Positions 44,226-53,093 of a stretch of 64,000 bases of DNA are shown here, in pieces. The DNA is from Alphaproteobacteria bacterium. GTDB taxonomy: Bacteria > Pseudomonadota > Alphaproteobacteria > Micavibrionales > SZUA-601. The notes beneath the pieces are model-generated. The model was not told where the DNA came from, searched no databases, and saw only the letters and a program-made list of their open reading frames with translations. The translations under genes were made by a program, and so were the position numbers. The stretch spans positions 1,096,765 through 1,160,764 of the forward strand of contig OZ244156.1 in the NCBI GenBank assembly GCA_965216395.1. Direction: 5' to 3'. Positions within the stretch are counted from its first letter, which is position 1. Each line of letters begins with the position of its first letter.

Positions 44226-44642
44226 TCAATAAGTCTTTTTAATTGGATCAAATTTCATTCGATTATTCAGTATACGAATTTTTGCCTCTAATTGTGTTGG
44301 TGAAAAAGGTTTGCGGACATAGGCCGAAACCCCCACCTCTTTTGCTTCATAAACGGATTCAATATCGCCACGCCCCGTCAACATTAAAAAAGGCATATCT
44401 GGATCAACGGTGCGTAATTGTTTTAACAAATCAATCCCCGTCATTTTGGGCATATTCCAGTCACAAATAACCATATCCACCATTTCAGGAGCCAGGTCTA
44501 ACAAAGACATAGCTTCACGGCCATCAACAGCTTCTGTAATTTGTGTGATGTTCAAATCGCTCAACATACCACGAACCAAACGCCTTGCTTCTGGTTGATC
44601 ATCAATAATCAAAAATTTTAACCGTTCAATATCACTCGCCAT
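44226..44642 (-). CDS. Single-domain CheY-like response regulator
   Basis: FLIIDDQ..., MVICDWNMPKMTG and YVRKPF. Confidence 0.85.
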   Translation of the reverse strand: MASDIERLKFLIIDDQPEARRLVRGMLSDLNITQITEAVDGREAMSLLDLAPEMVDMVICDWNMPKMTGIDLLKQLRTVDPDMPFLMLTGRGDIESVYEAKEVGVSAYVRKPFSPTQLEAKIRILNNRMKFDPIKKTY

Positions 44643-44658
44643 ATTTAAACCTCTTGAT

Positions 44659-45924
44659 TTATTTCATATCCGCTCTTAAACGTTCAGATTCATGTAATGT
44701 TTTTATCTGAATCGCTTTTTCCAAAGCCTTTTTAATTTGTATAGGTTGCACAGGTTTTGACAGAATAATTGCATGATCGGGTAGAGAGAGTTCCTTTAAT
44801 CGGCGATCTTCGGCTGGATAGCCTGTGATATAAACAACAGCCATTTCAGGCCGAAGACTTGTCATTAATTGCGCAACCTTAACCCCACTCATTCCAGGCA
44901 TAATCAAATCCGTCATCAAAACATCAATATCATTGGGAAATTTATCTTGAACATTTAAAGCATCATCGCCATTTATTGCTGTTAATGCGCGCATGCCAAA
45001 ATCTTCTAATATTTGTTGATTAAGCGATAAAAGCTCTTTCTCATCCTCAACAATTAATGCTGTTTTACCAGATAATTCGGTATAAGATCGTGATTCATCG
45101 GATAATACCTGATGCTTTTTTTCAGATAGCGGTAAATAAACAATAATGCTTGTTCCCTCGCCTTCAGCTGTTTTTAAGTCAATTTTACCGCCGGCTTGTT
45201 GCACCAAACCATAGATCATCGGCAGACCCAAACCTGTTCCTTTGCCCTGTTCTTTTGTCGTAAAAAATGGTTCAAACGCTCTCTTAGCAATTTGATCATC
45301 CATACCTGAACCATTATCTGTGATCGTAATCACGGCATATTTTGCCGATTGATTTTCATCAGCTATGTCAACATTTATTGTAATTATCCCTTCAGTATCT
45401 TCTTGAATAGCATCTCTGGAATTAATGCATGTGTTGAGCAATATTTGCCAAACTAAATCTTTATCACAAGAAACAATAACATTCTCTTCTGGTACTTCCA
45501 TCAAAATTTTAACCTTAGGCATCAAAAGGGGTTTGAGAAGAATTTCATGGTCACGGATCGCTTTAATTAAATCACATGTTTTTTCTGAAACAACGCTCTG
45601 CCTGCCAAAAGCCAGTAAACGCCTTGTTAAGCTTGTACCACGCCGCGATGCTTCTAAAATATTTTCAACCATTGCCAAAGCTGGGCTTTCATCATCAATA
45701 TGCTTTTTGACCAAACGTGCATAACCTTCGATAATGGATAATACATTATTGAAATCATGCGCCACACCACCAGCTAATTGCCCCAGCGCTTCCATTTTTT
45801 TCGAATGCGATATTTCAATATCTTTCCATTTTGGCATAACACCTCCAACACTACTATTTATGGTTGTATTATGATCCATGAGTCTGAAAAAAAACTTTAA
45901 TATTATGGTTAAATATCGATACAA
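44659..45924 (-). CDS. Hybrid sensor histidine kinase (HisKA, HATPase_c and receiver)
   Basis: H-box GGVAHDFNNVLSII, G-boxes DNGSGM and GTGLGL, and a C-terminal receiver (ALIVEDE...LMTDLIMPGMSG...SKP). The true start is probably an internal ATG. Confidence 0.85.
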   Translation of the reverse strand: MYRYLTIILKFFFRLMDHNTTINSSVGGVMPKWKDIEISHSKKMEALGQLAGGVAHDFNNVLSIIEGYARLVKKHIDDESPALAMVENILEASRRGTSLTRRLLAFGRQSVVSEKTCDLIKAIRDHEILLKPLLMPKVKILMEVPEENVIVSCDKDLVWQILLNTCINSRDAIQEDTEGIITINVDIADENQSAKYAVITITDNGSGMDDQIAKRAFEPFFTTKEQGKGTGLGLPMIYGLVQQAGGKIDLKTAEGEGTSIIVYLPLSEKKHQVLSDESRSYTELSGKTALIVEDEKELLSLNQQILEDFGMRALTAINGDDALNVQDKFPNDIDVLMTDLIMPGMSGVKVAQLMTSLRPEMAVVYITGYPAEDRRLKELSLPDHAIILSKPVQPIQIKKALEKAIQIKTLHESERLRADMK

Positions 45925-46070
45925 ATGTATGTTTTAAAATAAAAATTACTCATAAAAATGACTTCACTTATTCTTTCAGATATCAAGAAAATAACGAATT
46001 TTAAAGATTGTTTAAGGAAATAACCGCTAAAACAATAAAGATAGTCATATATAACAAGTTGGAAAATCCC

Positions 46071-46487
46071 ATGCCTCTAAAAATACAACTTCGTCCCCAA
46101 GAACGTGTTATTATCAATGGCGCTGTTATTGAAGGACATTCTGACAGTCGCACTGAAATCACTGTTTTGAACAAAGTTATGATTATGCGACAAAAGCATA
46201 TCATTAAAGAAAAGGATGCTGATACCCCATCAAAACGTCTCTATTTTACGTTACAAATGATGTATATTGATCCTGATAATATTGATGATTATCGTCAACA
46301 TTATCAGAAGTTTCACAAAGATTTATGCGAAACGGTTACGTTACCAACACTTGTTAACTCTCTTGAATTAATTGACCGCTCGGTTGAAAACAATAATTTC
46401 TATGATGCGATGAAAATATGTCGCGAACTGATTAAGGTAGAAGCAGAATTATTAAAAATTGCTATGCCTGAAATTGCCCAAGAATAG
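46071..46487 (+). CDS. flbT: Flagellin synthesis regulator FlbT
   Basis: MPLKIQLRPQERVIINGAVIEGHSDSRTEITVLNKVMIMRQKHII matches the FlbT N-terminus. It lies upstream of flagellin. Confidence 0.8.
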   Translation: MPLKIQLRPQERVIINGAVIEGHSDSRTEITVLNKVMIMRQKHIIKEKDADTPSKRLYFTLQMMYIDPDNIDDYRQHYQKFHKDLCETVTLPTLVNSLELIDRSVENNNFYDAMKICRELIKVEAELLKIAMPEIAQE

Positions 46488-46545
46488 ATATTATATCTTA
46501 TAAATTAAATAGTTAACACGCTTTCTTCATTTTTTTAATTCTGTT

Positions 46546-46561
46546 TGGCATAGCTTTTGCA
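46546..46561 (+). promoter_or_regulatory. Sigma-54 (-24/-12) promoter upstream of flagellin
   Basis: TGGCAT-AGCTT-TTGCA, with the canonical GG-N10-GC spacing, ~45 nt upstream of the flagellin ATG. Confidence 0.7.
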
Positions 46562-46604
46562 AATGTTTTAGCAGGAATTATTTTAAAAAAATGGAGAAAC
46601 TATT

Positions 46605-47471
46605 ATGGCTTTAAATTCTGTTCATACAAATGTAAGTGCAATCATCGCGTTACAAGGACTTAATCGTACCAACCAAGCACTAGATGCTTCGCAAAAACGT
46701 GTTAATACGGGTTTTAAAATTGCAGATGCGCTTGACGATGGCGCAGGTTTTTCAATTGCCCAAGGGTTGCGTGCTGATTTACGTGCCTATGAAGCTGTGC
46801 AAGAGCAAATGTCAAAAGCACGTGGCACATTAACCGTTGCCAGTGAAGCATCACGACAAATTTCTGATACGATGGCTGATGTCCGTGCGGTTATTACAAA
46901 ACTTGCTGATGAAAACGTAACAGGTAATCAACGCACACAATATCAAAATGATTATGCAGCACTGAGAACAGAGATCAGTAATTTTATCAACCAAGCTGAT
47001 TTTAATGGTATCAATCTTCTTGATAACTCTGCTGTACCTGGCTTGAACATTATTGGTAATATTGATGGTTCTACTTTGACACTGGGTGCTTACGACTTGA
47101 TCACAGATTTAGGTGCTAACCTTATTGATCTAGACGTTCCTGGTACATTTGCCACAGCCGCCCTAGCTGCTGCGGCTGCACAAGGTACGATTGATCCAAC
47201 CGGAACAGCTGAATTCGTCACAGCTGAAGCAAATATTGGGACAACCATGTCAAACCTTGGTGCAGATCTGAGAACGTTAGACAACCGTTTGGATTATCTA
47301 AGAGTTTTAGAAGATGCAACCACAGACGGACTTGGTTCCATCGTTGATGCTGATTTGGCAAAAGAATCAGCCAAGCTCCAGTCTCTACAGATTCGTCAAC
47401 AGCTGGGTACGCAGACATTAAGTATTGCCAACTCATCACCACAAATCTTACTAAGCCTCTTCCAAGGCTAA
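46605..47471 (+). CDS. Flagellin (short alphaproteobacterial type)
   Basis: The N-terminus is MALNSVHTNVSAIIALQGLNRTNQALDASQKRVNTGFKIADALDDGAGFSIAQGLR. The C-terminus is LQSLQIRQQLGTQTLSIANSSPQILLSLF. Confidence 0.9.
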   Translation: MALNSVHTNVSAIIALQGLNRTNQALDASQKRVNTGFKIADALDDGAGFSIAQGLRADLRAYEAVQEQMSKARGTLTVASEASRQISDTMADVRAVITKLADENVTGNQRTQYQNDYAALRTEISNFINQADFNGINLLDNSAVPGLNIIGNIDGSTLTLGAYDLITDLGANLIDLDVPGTFATAALAAAAAQGTIDPTGTAEFVTAEANIGTTMSNLGADLRTLDNRLDYLRVLEDATTDGLGSIVDADLAKESAKLQSLQIRQQLGTQTLSIANSSPQILLSLFQG

Positions 47472-47515
47472 GGTTTAAGAGTAGTTGAAACTTTTTTAAG
47501 TAAGGCAAAATTATC

Positions 47516-48994
47516 ATGACAACATCAGCATTAGGAGCAGCATTAAGCGGATTACGCGTCGCGCAAAGAAGCCTTGATCTTGTTTCCAATAATATTGCCA
47601 ATGCCGAAACGGAAGGGTATACACGAAAAACCCTTCCAACCGAGCATATTCTTGCTGATGGAATTGGTGTAGGTGTTCGATATGGTTCAGTACAACGCTT
47701 TGTTAATCAAGCTATTTTACGTGATTTTCGTGCCCAAGTGAGTGTTGAAAGTTATTTAAGTAAAAGAGAGCCTTATTTAGCGCGTATTCAATCTTTTCAT
47801 GGTAGTGCAGAGCAAGAAAGTAATATTGCATCCCGTATTGGTAATTTGAACAATGCATTGGTTGAACTTTCTGCTAGTCCTGAATCCACGATATTACAAT
47901 CAACAGTTGTCACCAAAGCACAAGATGTTGCCAATAATATCAATCGATTTTCAGAATTTCTTCTTGAACAGCGCAACCTTGTCCAGCGTGAAATATCGTT
48001 GACTGTTGATGATGTTAATCAACAATTAGAAATGATTGCTGACTTAAACAAACGCATTAAATCCGCTAAAAATACGGATCAAACCACGGCGGCATTTGAA
48101 GATCAGCGTGATAATGCGATCAAAGTTTTATCAGAAAAGATTGCCATCACATATTTCGAAACCTCTGATGGGTCTATCGTTGTTCAAACACCTCAAGGAC
48201 AAGTTTTAGCCGATGAACATGCACGACCCATAAAATTCAACGAAGAGCGGATCGGTTATCAATCCGCTTATCCAGATAACCTGTCAGGTGTTATTTTAGC
48301 AGATAATACTATTGGTGAAGTTGATTTAGCCAGTTTAAATATTGGTGGCGAATTGGGGGCTTTGATTGATCTACGTGATGAAACCTTACCAACCTATCAG
48401 GCACAGCTGGATGAATTGGCGCATAAAATGGCGCTTAGATTCGATGCGCAAAATTTACGGATGTTTACTGATAGCACTGGTGTTATTCCACCCGATGTGC
48501 CGGAAAACTATGCTGGTTTTGCCGCAGAAATGCGTGTTAATCAATTTATTCTTGATGATTCTTCTCTGGTACAAAGTGGAACATCTGGTCCTACACCCGA
48601 TCCTGGATCAAATGCTATTATTAGTAATATTGTCGATTATACATTTGGGCCATTCAGTGACGCATCTAATACGCCCCATCCGCCTTTTAGAATTGAAAAT
48701 ATTGGTCCCAATAATGCAATTAATCTCGATTTATCATTTGAAAATATATCTATTGAAGAATTTGCCCGTGGCATGATCAGTGTACAAGCTGAAGAACATC
48801 AAGCAAATGTTCTATCGCTTGAAATTGAAGAGTCATTTACAAATGATATTCAAAAAAGACTACTCGACACATCGGCTGTAGATACGGATGAAGAACTGTC
48901 TAATATGATCGAACTTCAACAAGCATACGCAGCCGCCGCACAAGTTATCACAACTTTAGAAGAACTATTTAATGAGCTTTTATCGGCTGTGTAA
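47516..48994 (+). CDS. flgK: Flagellar hook-associated protein 1
   Basis: ALSGLRVAQRSLDLVSNNIANAETEGYTRK, and a C-terminal ELSNMIELQQAYAAAAQVITT. Confidence 0.9.
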   Translation: MTTSALGAALSGLRVAQRSLDLVSNNIANAETEGYTRKTLPTEHILADGIGVGVRYGSVQRFVNQAILRDFRAQVSVESYLSKREPYLARIQSFHGSAEQESNIASRIGNLNNALVELSASPESTILQSTVVTKAQDVANNINRFSEFLLEQRNLVQREISLTVDDVNQQLEMIADLNKRIKSAKNTDQTTAAFEDQRDNAIKVLSEKIAITYFETSDGSIVVQTPQGQVLADEHARPIKFNEERIGYQSAYPDNLSGVILADNTIGEVDLASLNIGGELGALIDLRDETLPTYQAQLDELAHKMALRFDAQNLRMFTDSTGVIPPDVPENYAGFAAEMRVNQFILDDSSLVQSGTSGPTPDPGSNAIISNIVDYTFGPFSDASNTPHPPFRIENIGPNNAINLDLSFENISIEEFARGMISVQAEEHQANVLSLEIEESFTNDIQKRLLDTSAVDTDEELSNMIELQQAYAAAAQVITTLEELFNELLSAV

Positions 48995-49027
48995 TTGGTG
49001 ATTAAAATTTTAAAAAGGTAACATATT

Positions 49028-50026
49028 ATGGCAGTTTCAAATATAGGAAGAAGTTTAAACGAACAATTTCTTTTGCAACGTCTACGCAATGAATTGACCG
49101 ATGTTCAAACCCAGATTAACACTGGTAAAAAAGGAAATACTTTTAGCGCGCTTGACACGGCGGGTGCGTCTAATTCACTCTCATTTCGTAACAGTCGCAA
49201 TCTTTTGCAAAGCTATATCGATAGCATCAATATTGTGCGCGCGCGAACGGATGTTATGGATGCTGCGCTGTTAAGCGTAACGGATTCAAGTCGTGATGTA
49301 TTGACACGATTACAATCTCAATTACAAGACACAGCCCCCCAAACAGCCATTATCCGTGATGAAGCGCGCAATCAGCTCGAAGTCGTTTTACAAAAACTAA
49401 ATACGCGTTTTGGGGACCGTTATCTTTTTTCAGGTACAGATATCACAAACCCTCCCCATGATAACGCGACAGGTTTGAATACAAATTTTGCAGCCCAAGT
49501 TGCAACATGGATGGGAGGAACACCCACTGTTGCTTCTGTTGTTACCGATGCCAATACATTCAATGACGCTGCTCTTGGTTATTCAACAACTCTCTCCTCT
49601 GCGGGGAGCGTGACTGTACGCGCCGATGAAGGCACAGATATTGATTACACAGTTTTAGCCAACCAAGAAGGCATCCGTGATGTTATTCGTGGCCTTTCCA
49701 TTGTTGCTAATTTGCAAGACCCAACAACACCAGCAGAACAGGATAATTTTTGGACAATCGTTAATGGTGCCATTGAACTCATTGACAATGGAAGTCGTGT
49801 CATTGATGACCAAATTGGTATTTTGGGCAATAAATCAAGACAAATGGAAGATTTATTGGTACAACATGATGAAAGTCAAGGCGCATTAGAAATTTTTATT
49901 GGCAAAGTGGAAGATATTGACCTTGCCGATGCAGCAACACGTTTCAACTCACTTGAGCTACAGCTCCAAGCCTCTTATCAAGTCACGACAACGGCGCGTC
50001 AGTTAAGCTTGGTTAATTTTCTCTAA
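49028..50026 (+). CDS. flgL: Flagellar hook-associated protein 3
   Basis: Flagellin-like termini and a position directly after flgK. Confidence 0.8.
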   Translation: MAVSNIGRSLNEQFLLQRLRNELTDVQTQINTGKKGNTFSALDTAGASNSLSFRNSRNLLQSYIDSINIVRARTDVMDAALLSVTDSSRDVLTRLQSQLQDTAPQTAIIRDEARNQLEVVLQKLNTRFGDRYLFSGTDITNPPHDNATGLNTNFAAQVATWMGGTPTVASVVTDANTFNDAALGYSTTLSSAGSVTVRADEGTDIDYTVLANQEGIRDVIRGLSIVANLQDPTTPAEQDNFWTIVNGAIELIDNGSRVIDDQIGILGNKSRQMEDLLVQHDESQGALEIFIGKVEDIDLADAATRFNSLELQLQASYQVTTTARQLSLVNFL

Positions 50027-51099
50027 TCTGTAAATTTTTTTGCATCGCTAACCAGTGAATCAAGATCACTATAAACAGCTTGATTAACAATGATATTCAA
50101 ACCATAACGATGGCGAGAACAGGCAGATATCATCGTTTGACCATTCAATTTCTTAGTCATTGCAACAAAACTATGATCAATAGCCAAACCTTGCGCATCG
50201 TGTATATCTAAAGCATGTGATTGATTAATCAATGGCCAGATTACTTTGTTGGAAAAAGTTAAAATACGCGACTGTACCATTTCATTGATTGCCTTTGCCA
50301 CATTGCGATCTTGCGTTAAAATCAATCCTGTTTTTTTATAATTTTCATCGTGGCTACGCCATTTTAAATAGGTCATCACAGCTTCATCCATGGTCGCATA
50401 AGCATCAACCGCCCAAATAATACCATCATGATCCATCAGCGATTTGAGCGCTTTCTCAGTGTCTGATTGGTAGAGTTGCGTCATAAATTGTCTTTGAAAG
50501 TCTGTTTTCTGCCTAAAGCCAGTTTTTAATCGAAACCAGGTCTTTGGAAACTCTTTCTCCAAAGTGATAAGGGGCACGCCACCTTCTTTGGGCGTTTCTT
50601 GACGATAATCGCCCATTAAGACAAGTTTTTCCCATGATTGATCTACCGCCGCTTGCAAAATTTTTATCATCAAGCTTTCATCAATTAAACCAGCTTCATC
50701 AATAAAAACAACTGATCTTTCTGGAATAACATGTGTATTTTTTAAAAAATCATCAATTAAATAAATTTTTTGTTGGGATTTTTCTGATAATCGCAATACC
50801 GCTTGTTGTGAAAGCGAAAGACCAAAAACAGGAAAATTTATGCTATCATAAAACTGCATCGCTTGAGCTGCTAAATATGTTTTGGCTGATCCAGGGGGAC
50901 CACTCAAAATATTCATTTTATATTTTGATTGTAAAATTGACTTTAAAACGTCAGAACGGGTTTCAGGATCGTCTTCAGATGATAAACTATCATGAAAATC
51001 TTCAACAAATTTTTCACTGGCTTTTTGAATATGATCAGCAAAAATGATCTCTTTTTTAAAGAAAATTTTCGCATAAAAGATTAAATCACTTTGCGACAT
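50023..51099 (-). CDS. Compact SF1 (RecD/TraA-like) helicase-domain P-loop protein
   Basis: Walker A LSGPPGSAKTY and Walker B VVFIDEAGLID. The C-terminal IHDAQGLAIDHSFV...SACSRHRYGLNIIV resembles SF1 motifs V/VI. It is the last gene of the pilus operon strand. Confidence 0.55.
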   Translation of the reverse strand: MSQSDLIFYAKIFFKKEIIFADHIQKASEKFVEDFHDSLSSEDDPETRSDVLKSILQSKYKMNILSGPPGSAKTYLAAQAMQFYDSINFPVFGLSLSQQAVLRLSEKSQQKIYLIDDFLKNTHVIPERSVVFIDEAGLIDESLMIKILQAAVDQSWEKLVLMGDYRQETPKEGGVPLITLEKEFPKTWFRLKTGFRQKTDFQRQFMTQLYQSDTEKALKSLMDHDGIIWAVDAYATMDEAVMTYLKWRSHDENYKKTGLILTQDRNVAKAINEMVQSRILTFSNKVIWPLINQSHALDIHDAQGLAIDHSFVAMTKKLNGQTMISACSRHRYGLNIIVNQAVYSDLDSLVSDAKKFTD

Positions 51100-51102
51100 T
51101 TA

Positions 51103-51792
51103 TTATAAAATATTTTTTTCAGGAGAATAAGATGATGGTGCGGGTTTAATCTCTATAATCTTAGAACCATTACTGGCAAACATCCCCCCTAAAGATATGT
51201 CTTCTACAATCAGGCCATTGGGTAATTGATCGCCAACATAAACAGTTTGCCGTGTCATATCATCGCCATATGTTGGCGCAATAACAGCTTTACATGCCTG
51301 ATTAAGACATGTGATTTCTGACCAGACAAAATCTGAAACAGAAACATCCTCAACAACTGGGGCTGAGGCCTTTGATGTTTTTGGTAAATCCAAAGGTGGC
51401 ATCAGTTGCGGTAAACGTGCCGAAGACAAAACATAATCTTGATATAAATCGGCATAAAATTCAGCGCATACATCATTACCAGGCAGTTGTTTACAAATAT
51501 CATATTCAGGGGCAGGCATTTCAAACGGAACGCCAATATCAGAAAAATTTTCGGCAATTTGATTCAGTTCTTCTTGCCGGTCAATCATTTTTTCAAGCAA
51601 AGCGACCTGATTTTGTAACTGTAAAATACTCGACATATAGTCATTATTATATACAAATTGAATTTCAGGCGTTTCCTGCGGTTTTTGAATTTGATTGGCA
51701 CCAAAAATACCCTGTGCATGCGCATGATGTGCTGCCATACTCGGGATCAACGTAATCAAAATTACAAAAATGGTCTTCATTAAAATATTCAT
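51103..51792 (-). CDS. Secreted protein with a PilP-like C-terminal beta domain
   Basis: It has a signal peptide. The C-terminal QTVYVGDQLPNGLIVEDISLGGMFA...IIEIKP parallels ATVKKGEQLSDGSKVQEISIRGVEV...VIVL of the PilP-position gene. Confidence 0.4.
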   Translation of the reverse strand: MNILMKTIFVILITLIPSMAAHHAHAQGIFGANQIQKPQETPEIQFVYNNDYMSSILQLQNQVALLEKMIDRQEELNQIAENFSDIGVPFEMPAPEYDICKQLPGNDVCAEFYADLYQDYVLSSARLPQLMPPLDLPKTSKASAPVVEDVSVSDFVWSEITCLNQACKAVIAPTYGDDMTRQTVYVGDQLPNGLIVEDISLGGMFASNGSKIIEIKPAPSSYSPEKNIL

Positions 51793-51834
51793 AAGGTTAA
51801 TTTGCCTGAAAGGCGTTTAAAAGAGATTAAAATT

Positions 51835-53082
51835 CTAACAATTTGGCCCATATTGATCGTTAATGCCACCTGGTTGAATGGTCACACAGTCATCCACTGT
51901 CAAAACTTCAACAACCGCAGCGCCATTCACCACAGCATCCCCGTTAACGGTGACATTATTATTCACCGTCATTTCATCGGTTTGCGCCGAAACAGCATTA
52001 AGCTCATTCGCATTGAGCGTGTTGGCCTGTATCTCACCATCGGCAAGCACAGAACCGCTAACAATCAGATCACTAGCCAGCGTTGCATCGGCTGATACGC
52101 TTATGTTTGTAGCCGAGATATCAGGCGCATTCACAACAGACGCATTGACCGTATTCACATTCACCGTCGCCGCATCAATATTACCACTTCCCGCTGAACC
52201 ATCTCCAACGATCAAATCCCCTTGTGATAAAGTTAAATCATCCACAACATAAATTTGATCATCAACATTTAATGTCCCACCGATATCAACCGACCCGACA
52301 AAGGTCGTATCGCCATCAACCTGTAATTGTTGAATCGTTGCCGATGTTTCAACCTCTAAATCATTGACATCCATTTCACCAACGGCACGAATGGCGTTAC
52401 CATTCATGTTTAAATCCGTAAACATTGTGTTACGATCTGGATCCCCGACATCATTACGATATAAATAAGGTCCGAAAGCTTCTTCTAAGCTCAAAGAAAG
52501 GTAAGAAACCAGATAACCTGCATCATCATCGGCATCAGTTGGCGGGGCACCGAAAGGTAAGCCAAAATTGACCGTTAAATCGGTCGTCCATAAACCAAAA
52601 GCGCTTTCAGCAATATTCGATGGCGTTAAAATATTAGATGCATACCCACCCGAAGCGCCCGAAGAACGCGCTGCTGGTAAAAGTTTATCATAAGCAACAG
52701 CCCCATCTGTATAAATAACAGCTTGATATTCAACATTTGGTGGCGGGGTAATATTGAGACGAACCCGTAGGTCTTGTCGCAATGGGTTGCGCATCGTCAT
52801 TCCCGTGGGAAGTTGAGCCGCTATTTCAGCCGTAATATCTGTATTATCAATTAATGTACCCGGGTTAGGCGCATTAATTCGAATATAATTCTCAACAATT
52901 TCTGTGATTTTTTGCATGTGCACACCACTGAGCTCAGCCAGTTGCCGGTTAGCCCATAAACTGCTCAATCGGCCAAAACCAATAATCAAGGTAGCTGTTA
53001 ATCCAACAACCAGCAATAATTCTAACAGTGTAAAACCTTGCTGATTATTACACATTTTCTTGATATTTTGTGTTTGTATCAT
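51835..53082 (-). CDS. PilV-like large minor pilin or tip adhesin with a beta-helix-like repeat C-terminus
   Basis: Prepilin N-terminus NNQQG/FTLLELLLVVGLTATLIIG. The C-terminal ~200 aa are degenerate V/N/D/G/T repeats (VNVNTVNASVVNAPDISATNISVSADATL...) ending in Cys residues. Confidence 0.65.
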   Translation of the reverse strand: MIQTQNIKKMCNNQQGFTLLELLLVVGLTATLIIGFGRLSSLWANRQLAELSGVHMQKITEIVENYIRINAPNPGTLIDNTDITAEIAAQLPTGMTMRNPLRQDLRVRLNITPPPNVEYQAVIYTDGAVAYDKLLPAARSSGASGGYASNILTPSNIAESAFGLWTTDLTVNFGLPFGAPPTDADDDAGYLVSYLSLSLEEAFGPYLYRNDVGDPDRNTMFTDLNMNGNAIRAVGEMDVNDLEVETSATIQQLQVDGDTTFVGSVDIGGTLNVDDQIYVVDDLTLSQGDLIVGDGSAGSGNIDAATVNVNTVNASVVNAPDISATNISVSADATLASDLIVSGSVLADGEIQANTLNANELNAVSAQTDEMTVNNNVTVNGDAVVNGAAVVEVLTVDDCVTIQPGGINDQYGPNC

Positions 53083-53093
53083 ACCTTTTACCT

